The translations under genes and the position numbers were made by a program. The notes beneath the pieces are model-generated. The model did no database searches. It was not told the origin of the DNA and saw only the letters and a program-made list of their open reading frames with translations. Source: Chiloscyllium plagiosum (lineage: Eukaryota). Taken from it: DNA of 64,000 bases. The stretch lies in NCBI RefSeq assembly GCF_004010195.1, contig NC_057749.1, positions 6,779,416-6,843,415 of the forward strand. Reading direction: 5' to 3'. Shown one piece after another: positions 52,225 to 64,000 of this stretch. Numbering within the stretch: position 1 is the stretch's first letter; each line of letters opens with the position of its first letter.

Positions 52225-52845
52225 ACAACGTAAAAAAACAGGAGCAGGAGTTGAGCCCGCTCTGCCATTCAATAAGATCATGGCTGATCTTTATCGTGGA
52301 CTCAGCTCCACTTCCACGCCCTCTCACCATAACTCTTAAATACTTTACTGTTCAAAATCTATCTATCCTTGTCTTAAAAACATTCAACGAGGAAGCCTCC
52401 ACTGCTTCACTGGGCGGGGAATTCCACAGATTCACAACTCTTTGGGTGAAGAAGTTCCTGCTCAACTCAGTCCTAAATCTGTTCACCCCCTCAGTATGAG
52501 GCTACAGCCCCTAGTTCTAGTTTCACCAGCTAGTGCAAACAACCTCCCCTCTTCTGTCTTCTCTATTCCCTTCATAATTTTATATGTTTCTATAGGATCC
52601 CCCTCATTCTTCTCTGACCCAGGTTGAAGTATGTGGAGCTTGCATGTTCTCCCCGTGTCTGCGTGGATTTTCTCCGCGTGTTCCGGTTTCCTCCCACAGT
52701 CCAAAGATGTACAGGTTAGGTGGATTAGCCATGGTAAACGTGGGATTGTGTGGATAGGGTGGGGTGTGGGTCTGGATAGGATGCTCTTCGGAAGGTTGAT
52801 CCAAACTCACTGGGCTGAATGGCCTCAATCCGCACAGTAGGAACT
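52225..52845. mobile_element. CR1 3' fragment (minus) plus HE1-like SINE (plus, 52630-52845)
   Basis: GDPIETYKIMKG remnant and V-SINE-like core. Confidence 0.8.
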
Positions 52846-53724
52846 CTAGATACATTCTAATGTGCCACACCTTTTAAATGGGCACGGTTAGATTTTCTAC
52901 GTATATTACAAGAAATGAAAAAAAAACCCAATGTATTACATGATTCGGACTCAGCTACAGGTTTATTCTGAGGAACCTACCAACGTGTACACCCTCTCCA
53001 ACTTGGTCATACTGTAACCAATTTCCCAAATCCTTAGCAAAAGCAAACCCAGGTGTTTTTGTGATATCTAATTCCTGATACAAGGTTGGTCCCTTGATGT
53101 TTATGTACAAGGTGAAGAAAAACACGTTACATTGTGTTCAAAAAAAGAGAGACAAAAGAAAAGATTTGTTCACAAGCACAGATTGGGTTTTTGACATTGT
53201 CTGATAAAACACCTCTCAGCCACAGAGACTCCAGTTCTCAGAAAATAGGGTCAATATCACAAATTCCTTGTTGACCCCATGGACACGTGTCACATTTAAT
53301 TAAGAGGCGGATGCTGTCAGGGCTAATTTTCTACTAGGTTGGCGCTGTCAAAATGCATTTAAATTGGAGTGTTGAGAACAAGCAAATAGTAGCAAGGACT
53401 GGAATCGTGGATTTCTGTAGCTTTGTGCTATTCAGTGAGGTAAAGGTAATAGTTGAGAGTGAAATTAAATTGACGTTCCCTCTAACAGTGCGCTATAAGA
53501 TACAAGCCAAAGTCTCAGCTTTATCATTTCTAATGAAGCTGATTTGTCACAGTATAAAATGCGTCAGTGTTTTTTTTATATGCCTGGTGCTTTGATCTCT
53601 CCTGCCCTGCTCACTTGACCACAAAAACAATTTGTGTTCATCTAGCGCCTTTGATGTAGGAAACAAAAATGCCCCCAAGGCATTTCAGGAGCATCACCCA
53701 ACACAGTTCAACAGCGAGGTACAT

Positions 53725-53958
53725 GATTAGATTAGATTCCCTACAGTGTGGAAACAGACCCTTCAGCCTACCAAGTCCACACTGTCCCTCTGAAGAGTAA
53801 CCCACCCAGACCCACTTCCCTCTATCTAATGCACCTAACACTATGGGCAATTTAGAATGGCCAATTCACCTGACCTGCACATCTTTGGACTGTGGGAGGA
53901 AACCGGAGCACCTGGAGGAAATCCACGCAGACACGGGCAGAATGTGCAAACGCCACAG
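53725..53958 (-). mobile_element. HE1/V-SINE-like element, head missing
   Basis: (agatt)n tail and core. Confidence 0.85.
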
Positions 53959-54699
53959 AGGAGACCAGGATTGTGGTTAAGGGACGGAGGAGGTAAGGAC
54001 TTAAAGAGATTTTCAGAGGGAATTGCAGAGGTCAGGGCTCAGGCAGGGGAGAGGTAAGGGCAAAGTTAGCTGCTCATTGTAGGAGCGCCTCTGCCTGATC
54101 TCGCTGATCTCAGCCTTTCTCTCCTGTCATTCTGCACAAGCGGCTGCAATGGTCAGAACTGAGTGACTGTAATTTGCCTCCTGAATGCAACGCATTCCTC
54201 AGGCAGCCAAACTCACAAACACTGTGACAAGTCCAGCCTTCGCTCTGTAAGAATCCAGCCCCTGCACTGAGGAGGAAGCAGTGCGTGCAAGTGCACACGG
54301 CCTATCATTTTCACCCATTCATTCTGTCAAGTGCAAAGCCACAGGCTACATGTCCATATTACACTGTGAAGCTGAAATCCCCAGTGGGAGGATTCGAACA
54401 CAGAATTGCCCCCAGTGGGAGTCATTAGTGTGTGTTACACCAAAGCTGGATGTACATCAAAAATCCCACTGATGTGATACTCCTTCATGGCCAGCAATCT
54501 AGGCCGTCACACTTCAGAAATGATACAGACAAATAGAAAGATTTTTATAACCAGAACGTCACTGAATGTTTATAATCAATTATCTACTTTTGAAATTCTG
54601 TCACTGTTGCAAACGTAGGCTTTGCACACAAATAGCACTGAGATACTGGAACTGGATCATGGAGTAAAGCACCCCACTCTTTCAATTGTGGACACTTTA

Positions 54700-55018
54700 T
54701 TATAGAATCCATACAGAGCAGAAAGAGGCCATTCAACCCTTCACTGCCCCTCTGAAGAGTACCCCAACCAGACCCACCCAATCCCCCTAATGGGATTTTT
54801 AAACCATGGCAAACCCACCTAGCCTTCACATCCCGGGACACTGCAGGGCAATTTTTCAGTACAGCCAATCCAACTAAGATTCTGGGAGAAAACAGAACAC
54901 TCAAAAGTGTAGGGAGAACATGCAAACTCCAGACAGACAGTCACCCAAGGCTGGAATTGCACCCAGGTCCCTAGCACCATGATGCTGCAGTGCTAACCAC
55001 TGAGCCACCACATCATCC
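54700..55018 (-). mobile_element. HE1/V-SINE-like element
   Basis: Head tgctaaccactgagccacc. Confidence 0.75.
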
Positions 55019-55909
55019 AAACAATAAGCACATTCAAAGTCACTTATCTCTGTTTTAAGTAGGCAACACTAAATTTTTAAAACAGTTCCAAACTAATGAA
55101 ATTCATTTTTTAATGCAATTTGTCCTCATCGCTTTACTGGTTTAACCACAAACCCATTCTAGTGAATCTGTACTGCATCCTCTCCCAAATTAAAATGAAT
55201 CTTTGCTGAGGCATGGTTGTTAGAACTTTACTCTCCTGTATCAGGAGAGAGGAGAGGAAAACTTTGTTTAATGTCTTGTACAAAAGGTAACATCTCCGAT
55301 AGAGAAGTACTCCAGCTCATTTTGGGCTAGAATGCCGACTGACATTTTTCCTCAAGTGCTTAGCATGTGACTTGAATCACAAAAGTGTTACAGTGCAGAG
55401 AAGGTCATTCGGCCCATTGTGTCTGTACCAAGCAGATTACCTGACTGCTCACTTTTTCCTGGATCTCCCGCCACTACTCCTTCCCACTCCCTCTCTACCT
55501 CCCCAGGTCCTATCAGGACCAGGAAGTAGTTCTTCTTACCTGGTTTTGCAGAGAGGAAGTTGGGCTCCCTGTGGAAGTTCCACTTTCTAGACCAATGGGC
55601 AATTGGGTCAGGCAACCTACAGCTTGCATTGGCAACTATTGCTCCATCTCTGCCGAATTTTAATTCTGTCAACAAGAGAAGGTTCTAGAAACGTAGAGGG
55701 GAATCTCTACAACCTTCCGACTCGGAGGCAAGGTGGACATTTCACTTGTACTTTCCTTGGCATTGATAAATAAAATCAAGAAGTCATTGTTGACCTTGGG
55801 GAGTTAGTTGTGCCAGAGGCAGGGAAGAGACCAATCTTCTTCAGTAACATTCTTAATTCTCAGTTATCTCACTTGGCTATACTGTGGTGAAGAAACAATT
55901 CAGTACCTT

Positions 55910-56740
55910 TTTATTCATTCATGGGATGAGGGCATTGCTGGGTAGGCAGTATTTATTGCTCATCCCTAACTGCCCAGATGGCAGTTAAGAATCAACCACG
56001 TTTCTGTGAGTCTGGAGTCCCAGACCAGGTAAGGATGGCAGCTTCCTTCCCTAAAGGACATTAGTGAACCCAGATGGGTTTTACTGATAATCAACAGTCA
56101 TCATTAGTCTCTTTTTTCGACATTTCTATTGAATTCAAATTCCACCATCTGCCCTGTCAGGATTTGAACCAGCGCCCCTGGAACATTACCTGGGTCTGTA
56201 GATGAACAATACCATTAGGCCATCACCTCCCCAGATACCTGCGCCAATGATGTGGTAATTCTCAGCAGAGGCCTACGCCTTCACCTTGATCCATGCTTGA
56301 TATGAAGGGGTGATCCTCAAGCTATCTCTCACGCTCTTTCTTGACAAGTAGAGGGCCTACAGTTCCTTATGGACGGGGACTAATCACAGTAAAATTGCAG
56401 AATATTAAATCATAGGGGGCCATGCACAAATTTGCATAACGTTAAATCATCGGGGGCCATGCATAAATTTGTGCAGAGCTTTGAGATAGCCAAGGAAACC
56501 CTTTTTTAAAAATATTCGTTCACAGGATGTGGGTGTCGCTGGCCAGGACAGCATTTATTGCCCATCACAAATTGCCCGGGGGGAATTAAGAGTCAGCCAC
56601 ATTGCTGTGGGTCTGGAGTTGCACACAGACCAGACCAGGTAAGGATGGCAGCTTCCTTTCCTGAGGGATGTTCATGAACCAGGTAGATTTATCCTGACAA
56701 CATGCAATGGATTCATGGCCATCATTAGACTCTTAATTGT
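55910..56740 (-). mobile_element. Two SINE family B copies (55910-56232 near complete; 56515-56740)
   Basis: Head accattaggccatcacctcccc, B box ggatttgaacc, shared body and tail. Confidence 0.8.
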
Positions 56741-57044
56741 ATAAGCCCATTAGTGTTAAAAAAAATGAAATGAAAGAACAGTAATGCAGTAAATATGAGA
56801 AAAATATCCGTACTTTTCAATTTGTTCACTGTTTACAGAACTTGTACAGAAAAAGGCTCTGAAAAACATTGGCTCTGGAAAGCATTTGTAATCTTTTTCT
56901 GCTTTAGCGAGCCACCTTTGGGTAAAGCTGCCATGTTATTGATGCTGTCAAATATATTTGCCCTGTTTTCATACCGCCATGTGAAATCCTGGAGCATCTC
57001 CTATGGTCTTGGTGGTTTCAGCCTGAGATGAGCAGATGGTTTCA

Positions 57045-57375
57045 GGGGCCATCGCGATGGCACAGTGGTTCAGTGGTTAGCACCGCTGCCTCACGGTGCT
57101 GGCGATCTGGATTCAATTCTGGCCTCAGGTGATTGTCTGTGTGGAGTTTGCATGTTGTCCTTGTGTCTAAATGGGTTTCCTCCCACAGTCCATAGATATG
57201 CAGGTTAGATAGACTGGTCATGCTAAATTGCCTGTAGTGGCCAGGGAAGTGCAGGCTGGGTGGATTAGTCATGGGAATGGGTTATGTGAGTGGGTCTGGG
57301 TAGGATACTTTTAGAGGTTCAATGTGGACTCGTTGGGCCAAATGGCCTGTTTCCACATTGTAGGGATTCTATGAC
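57045..57375 (+). mobile_element. HE1/V-SINE-like element
   Basis: A/B boxes, core and tail. Confidence 0.8.
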
Positions 57376-57731
57376 AGCCTTTATTATGAACCATACCTGG
57401 AGATCATCCAGGCAGTTCTGTTAGCCCTGCACAGCATGAGTCCTGTCTTGACATTCACAAAGCAACATGTCTTTTATCACAAGAAGCAACAGCTTTTCGA
57501 TGCCATCCGCATTGGTGCAGACCATATCAGCGACACCTCTCTGTCTTCACATTCCGTCTTTAAACGTTACAGAGCGATCTGGTAAAAGATGGCAAATTGT
57601 TCCAGTTTCATGCGCTTTGCAAATGTCCCTTAGTGCGTCCTTGCTCAGGACGTGGGAAAGACCAGTTTACAGCCAATGCTCATGTTTTGGCACTCTGCTT
57701 CGATTGGTCGGTGTGGTCACCAAGAGATGAC

Positions 57732-58359
57732 TGCCACAAAACTGGTCCTTTTTTGTAAAAACTTCCTTTTCTCAAGGATACTGTGTCCTTGGGTTTTTTT
57801 TTCAGAGGGGTCGTAACCCACTCAGGCTCCAAATTGACTGGTTTGGTACAGAAATAAAAAGGGTATTGGGAGGCCTTTGTGTTTGTATGTAAACAGATCA
57901 TACTTTAGGCCAAAGCTGATATGTTTTAGAAGTGACCTGTATAATGAAAGGGGAGTGGTCAGTCCTAAAAGCTGAAGTCTTGTTTTAGTCAGTGCAACAG
58001 GAGATGTGTGGAAACAGGCTGCAAGACTCTCTCTCCTTCTGCCCTTCTAACATCAACCTGTAAGTCTCTGTTTCATTTTTGCTCTGTGTTTAAGAGGTTT
58101 GTTTATTGGGACTGCTGCACGTATTTTTCAGAACATCATAATTCAGTCTAATTTGGATGGACTGAGTTCTGTGGCTATTCCATACTCTGTTCTTTGTGTT
58201 TCATTCCGTAATTTTGTGAATAAATTTTTGTCGGTTTGTAAAACCTGGTAGTCAACCTAGCTAACTTACTCTGGCTTTTCACTGGACGCTTACTGAAACA
58301 AATTGCAACATTATGGTCTGCTTAAGAACATTTTGAGTGGTCCAGCCAAGTCCATAACA
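57732..58359 (+). mobile_element. Putative solo LTR (628 bp)
   Basis: TG...CA ends, 4-bp TSD TGAC (57728-57731 and 58360-58363), TATA-like tataat and AATAAA in the expected order. Confidence 0.7.
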
Positions 58360-58969
58360 TGACTAATCTGGAACTTCATCTTACCACAGGCACCCGTCTT
58401 TCAGCTGATCATCCTGCCACAGCCGGAGTTTCAGGTTCCCCGAATTTTGACTCATTTCGGTTTTTGATGCACCTCAGATCTTGCCTCCTGAGGCATCAAC
58501 AATTCCAAGGTGAACTACAGTGCTGGCAGGGGAGGAAAAGCTGTTCTCCAAATAGATTCATCGTGAGGACTGCAGTGTACTCTATTTCTGCTGGAGGCTC
58601 TTTTTTAATCAGAACTTGTGGCAAAAGAGAAGGAGCATGGAACCATCGGGGAAATTAAAGAACACCGAGTTGAAAACCCAGCCACTGATCATCTGGAGAC
58701 GACCACACACCTACACACTCACCAGAGAATCAATTCAGGCACAGGTTTTTTACACGAGGGAACGTGAAACACATCATGATCTGCACCTCGAGGGAATGGG
58801 CTAAGATACAAGAGTCAGAATATCCGAGAGCCTAACAATTTAACCATCCTGAGACAATGGAAGTAGGCACTGTTATCACATCACCATGAAAATCAGATTC
58901 GCATTCGCTCAGCTCTGAGGGATATTGAAGCAGTAACACTGCAGTTAATATTTTTCACTTGTTTCCGTT

Positions 58970-59401
58970 AGTTTCTTCATTGAGTGCTTCTGGCTTGTTT
59001 TATTTTGATGTCTCGACATTTCGTTTTGAACTTGGGTGACGGCCCAGTGATCCAATGGCCCAGCATTTTTTTTTTGATTGGTGTTCTTGGCGGTGGTATT
59101 TCTTCAGAGGCTTTCGACCCAGTGATGTGGCGTCCCAGCGTTTCGGTTAGTGTCCCATCATGTTGTTCTCACCGTGGATCCGCTTTCCTCAAGACCAGGA
59201 GCCTTTAAATGGACTTTGTTGAACTTCGATATATTTACTTCAATTTACTTAATTTTACTTAATTTTGTAACTTGTGCTTTTATTGTGACTTCTGTCATTA
59301 TAGGCGCCATGGTAGGGAGACGTCGAACACTTTTCATTGTATTTTTACAGTTAAAATACATATGACAATAAATTCTAATTCTGATTCTAATTCTAATTCT
59401 G
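58970..59401 (+). mobile_element. CpG-rich retroposon-like segment ending in AATAAA plus an (ATTCTR)n tail
   Basis: tgacaataaattctaattctgattctaattctaattctg. The 5' boundary is uncertain. Confidence 0.55.
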
Positions 59402-59619
59402 TCCATATAATTATGGGAAGCTATTCTAACATGGGCCCGGAGAGGTAGAAAACAATGGTGACTCATAGGGCATGGCTACCCCATGAACTCAGTGTGCTCC
59501 TGCCTACATTGGAAATGCCTGTTCATAAAATCTATCTTGCCGAAAGTCCCACAAGTAAACCCAACAAATGAAGGCCAGGCTACAGAGTTCATTTTCATGA
59601 CGATCTAATGATTACTGAC

Positions 59620-59915
59620 AGGGATAGCTCAGTGGTTAGTGCTACTACTTCACAGTGCCAGGGATCCCCGTTTGATTCCATCCCCAGGTGACCTTCCCTG
59701 TTCGCGTTCTCCCTGTTTCTGTGTCGCTTCCTCCCACCATCCAAAGACGTACAAGTTAGGTGGATTGGCCATGCTAAAGTGCCCAGGGATCTGCAGGCTA
59801 GATCGGTTATCCAGAGGAAATGCAGGGTTACAGGTCTGGGTGGGATGGTCCTTGGAAGGTTGGTGCAGACTTGATGGGCTGAGTGGCCTCTTTCTGCACT
59901 ATTGGGATTCTATGA
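59620..59915 (+). mobile_element. HE1/V-SINE-like element
   Basis: Head gctcagtggttagtgct and core. Confidence 0.75.
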
Positions 59916-60619
59916 GATGGTCCTTTGGTTATAGGTAACCTTGGGTCAGGTAACAGCTGTAACTCATCAAAAGAATGATGGTGTAACAGTTTGCATAAAT
60001 GCATGGCTAATTTAACCATTGGTGTAGCAGCATGGGACCTGTCCCCTTCAGGACCTGGCACTTTCAGGACCTTGTTTTTGAATAGACCATGATATTCCCA
60101 GGATTTGCCCTACTCATCCCTCAGGAATTTCAAGTCATTGAATCATTTCCAGGTCATCAGTGAGTCATTTGGATTCAAGCTTTTGATTTACAATGGCATT
60201 TAGATCAATAATAATACAAAATTGTAGTGGCTAAGCCATTTATAATGAAATATTTAAACTGCATGATGGCTTGCTGAGGGAGTGACCAATCTCCTTGAAA
60301 GAAAGAGAAAATTGGCAGCTCAGGACGTTACATTTCTCCCAAGGATTATAATTTCTGAGAGAGAACAGGCTCTAATGGCTTTGGGGTTTGCTTCTTATTT
60401 CCCGTGGGATGAGTTATTCCTGGATGAGGGCATGCCCTTTCTTCGAGAGAGCATGTTGATAACATACTTTTATGTAGCTGCATGGAGTAAACTGAGAACT
60501 TAGACGCCATGGATGAGATGGTCTGATTAGCATCATTGAGGAATCCCGTTGGCAAAAATTCCTGTGCAATCACATAACGCGTTCAAGTTACAACTATAGA
60601 ATGATAGAAACAGGGGATC

Positions 60620-60950
60620 ATAGAATTCTCTAGAGTGTGGAAACAGGCCCTTTGGCCAATTGAGTCCACACTGACCCTCTGAAGAGCAACCCATCTAGAC
60701 CCACCTACCCCAGCCCTATCCCTGTAACCCTGCGTTTCCCTTGGCCAGCCTGCACATGTCTGGACATTGTGGATAATTTAGCATGGCCAATCCACCCTAA
60801 CCTGCACATCTTTGGACTGTGGGAGGAAACTGGAGCACCCGGAGGAAATTCACACAGACACGGGGAGAATGTGCAAACTCCGCACAGATAGTTGCTCGAG
60901 GATAGAATCGAATCTGGGTCCCCGCCAGAGTGCTAACCACTGAGCCACCC
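60620..60950 (-). mobile_element. HE1/V-SINE-like element
   Basis: Core and head. Confidence 0.8.
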
Positions 60951-61924
60951 ATTCCATCCTTGCCACTCTGAATTGGAAACCATGCCAGTCTCGAAAGACA
61001 GAATGTCTTTGGATCTGGCATTATAGAGGTCAAAACCAATGAAATGTGCACCGAGCTCAGCAAACTGCCTCAGCTAGCCAACAACAAGCTGAATCTAGTC
61101 TTTGGAATCACGCGGTGCGAAAGGAGGACTTCAACAAGACAGATGATTTAAGCTGCCACACTTCATCAGCACAACCTGACATGGGAAATATCCAGGCATG
61201 ATAGATGACAGAGTTTCTCCAACAGACTTCAATTGATAAAGCTGATGATATGCTGGTGAGTTATGGTGCTCACAGATTCGATATATGATTATATGGTTCC
61301 AGTCACTACCTATTAACCTAATGTGGTTGATATGTGTAGCAGCAGTTTACAACTGAAAAACAAATCTTTGAGATAAATTCTGTCCAGATCTTTGGCGACT
61401 GTGGTGTTGGGTTCACAGTCAGCTTTCCTCAGTTGGGTGTTATTATTGCTGGAATTCAACATACCAACAGCAAAAAAAGAGACATTGTTTCTGCATTACA
61501 ATGTGTATTGGAGTACCAGAACTGACAGTAATGTGTCTGATAGTTGGGGTGGGATTTGCCTTTTCTCAATGTTCCTGCTGACAAATGGAAAATCCACACG
61601 AGAGTGGTGAGTTGAGCCCTGGGGCAGTAGATGGGGTGAAGGACACTGAGAAGTAGAAAGACAAAAGGAGCAAGGATTAATGTTCGTTATTCTCCCCTCT
61701 CATTCTCGACCACCTTTCCCCAGTTTTTAAGCTGATTGCATTCGTGATTGCATACAGCAAGGGTGCAAAAGAGGCAGGTGGTGAGTCATCCTTGGATCTG
61801 CCATGCCATGAGACAATGAACTAGACTGAAGATGCAGCAGTTGGCGAATTAGATGGCAAATAGTTCAGTTTGCATCATCAGATACTGATGCATCTAATGT
61901 TCATGAACAGTGAAGACAGTACAA

Positions 61925-63950
61925 TATTTAGGCTTGGGCTGACAAATGTCAAGTAAGATTCATGTCTCACAAGCAATGACTGTCTCCAGTAAGAGAGACT
62001 CCAAAACGTCTCTGACATTCAATGAGATGAATCCCCCATCATCATGATCTTATGAATTACCCTTAGCCAAAAGTTTAATCAGACTGACCACAAATTCCTG
62101 AAGCCATAGGAGAAAGTCGGAAACTGGGAATAGTGGTGAGTGACCCGCCTTCTGAGTTCCCAAAGCCTGTCTGTTTATCTACCACTTCAGGAATATTCAC
62201 CACCTTCCTGGTTGAGTCCTGCTCCAACTGGCTCTCGAGACTTGATACCATCCAGGACAAACCAGCCTCCTCCACTAGCTCTACATCCACTGCCTTAAAC
62301 ACGCCCTCCACCCAGAACAAGACACACTGTCAAAGATCTTCAGGTAGCACCTTTCAATGTTCAACACCATTTGTGACTCCTCAGATACTGAAGCAGTCTG
62401 TGTCCTATATCCTTTCCAACTTTTCCTGCTGCTGCATTTATCTCTGAGGTCCATGTATATGGCAGTCATTTCTGGAAATGGAAGTCAATACATCTGCACG
62501 ATGACCAATGTTTGCAGACCCTCTGAGTGGCTGCATGGCTGAGGGGGATCATTGTCTGTATCCATCTGCAGAAGAGCTGGACAACATCCAGGCTAATAGA
62601 TGGCATACATCATTCACACAACACAAATGCCACACAATGACCAGCCCTGATAAGACAGAATTGCCATCACACTTTCCTGCTGAACACATTATCTCCCCCT
62701 ACTGTCTACAGCCTTGGGGGTGCCACTGACCAGAAATGGAAATGGGAAAACTACCATTTAAATATTGGAGCTATAAGAACATATTAGAGGTAGAAATCCT
62801 GCAGTGAGTAACTCATCTCCTGCTTCCCTAATACCTGTCCATCATCTACAAATCACGAATGTGATAGAATACTCCCCATTTGCCTGAATGGGTTCAGCTC
62901 CAAAAACACACAAGATGCTTGACACCTTCCAGGACAAAACAGCCTCTCTATTCACCCTCCATCCACAACCTGAAGCATTCACTCCCTTCACCACCAAGCA
63001 CAGTGGCAGCAATGTGTACCATCTGCAAGATGCCCTGCAGTAATTCCCAAAGGTACTTCATTAGCACCTTTCAAATTCATGTCCTGGGAGGACAACAGCA
63101 GCTGATTGATGGGAACACCACGCCCTGCTAGCTCCCCTGGGGTTCACATACCATCCCTACTAGATCACTGTTCCTTCAATGGCACTGGAGCAAAATTCTG
63201 TATATCCCTTCCTGCCAGCACTATGGATGACCCTACACCACTTAGAATCACAGAATCCTTACAGTGTGGAAGCAGGCCATTTGGCCCATCAAGTCTGAAG
63301 AGCATCGCACCCAGAAACCCCCTCACCCACCCTAACCACGTAACCCTGCATTTCTAATGGCTAACCCACCTAGCCTGGACACTATAGGCAATTTAACATG
63401 GCCAATCCAACTAACCTGCACATCTTTGTGGGAGGAAACCAGAGCACCCAGAGGTAACCCACACAGACACAGGGAGAATGTGCAAACTCCACACTGACAG
63501 TCGCCCGAGACTGGAATCGAACTTGGGACTGTGAGGCAGCAGTGCTAGTCACTGGGCCACTGCGCCAGTCCTGGACTGGTGTGGTTTGAGAAGGCAGCCC
63601 ATCAATTAGGGATAGACAATACATATAAGCACAGCCAGCAACACCCACACCACATATGAATAAACAATAATTGCGATTTCTAACACTGAGAAGGCCAAGG
63701 TGTGAGAACACTAATTGCAAGTTGCCTCCAAGTCACACATCATCTTGACATGGAATTATTTTGCCATTCTTTCATGATTTGGGTCAAAATCCTGGAGCTC
63801 CCAACCCCACAGCATTAGGGATGAAACATGGACTGCGGCAGTCCAAAAAGGCAGCTCACCACCACCTTCTCCAGGCTAATTCGGGACAGACAATAAATGC
63901 TAATGTTGTAAGGGACACCCACACCACGCGAACAAAACAAAATTGCATTA
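61925..63950 (+). mobile_element. Several decayed 3' fragments of the second LINE family, with an HE1-like SINE (minus) at 63244-63565
   Basis: LDNIQA and LDTIQDK remnants. Repeated 3' ends aaggcagc...caataaatgc. Confidence 0.7.
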
Positions 63951-64000
63951 TCCAACAAAAGTGACTTGTACAGTCCTACCTGCAACCCACCTCCAACAGC

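Larger units (their letters stand above)
7258..64000 (-). other. Probable large upstream intron of the CELF gene
   Basis: The expected preceding exon (MNRPIQVKPADSE-like) was not found by eye. The region is repeat-dominated. Confidence 0.6.

Noticed and set aside
54378..54471. Repeated cccagtggga motif (two direct copies, one partial inverted)
   Set aside because: Short, and its spacing does not fit the EBF or RBPJ consensus.
57397..57545. Possible minus-strand exon ending at CAG|gtatgg
   Set aside because: No good acceptor, stops in at least two frames, and no CELF similarity.
1..64000. The many 60-185 aa ORFs as independent genes or a prokaryote-like system (operon, CRISPR, defence locus)
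   Set aside because: They are short frames within SINE, LINE or PLE remnants, or random. There is no regularly spaced repeat-spacer array, and the DNA is spliceosomal intron sequence.

Overview
Vertebrate (not prokaryotic) genomic DNA. The repeat content (HE1/V-SINE-like SINEs, HER1/CR1-like LINEs, Penelope-like elements) points to a shark, possibly an orectolobiform; this is inference. The only host coding sequence I can support is two minus-strand exons (7129-7257 and 4051-4130). They splice in frame to encode most of RRM2 of a CELF3-6 subfamily RNA-binding protein, best matching CELF6, with CELF4 as the alternative. I found no flanking CELF exons by eye, so the window probably lies inside this gene and 7258-64000 is probably one intron of more than 56 kb. 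Much of the rest is decayed retroelements: CR1 3' fragments, three tRNA-derived SINE families, a Rex1/Babar LINE, three Penelope-like families and two solo-LTR-like segments. Almost all ORF-track entries are TE remnants or noise. Most notable: (1) a LINE endonuclease ORF directly preceded by a tRNA-like SINE head, seen in two copies, with the short SINE looking like a 5'+3' deletion derivative; (2) three Penelope-like families carrying minimal hammerhead-ribozyme motifs, including a tandem pair on the pre-mRNA strand; (3) a repeat-free island with a perfect RFX X-box palindrome and a 20-bp double-GATA palindrome. Repeat boundaries are by-eye estimates (about +/-20 bp) unless TSDs are given.
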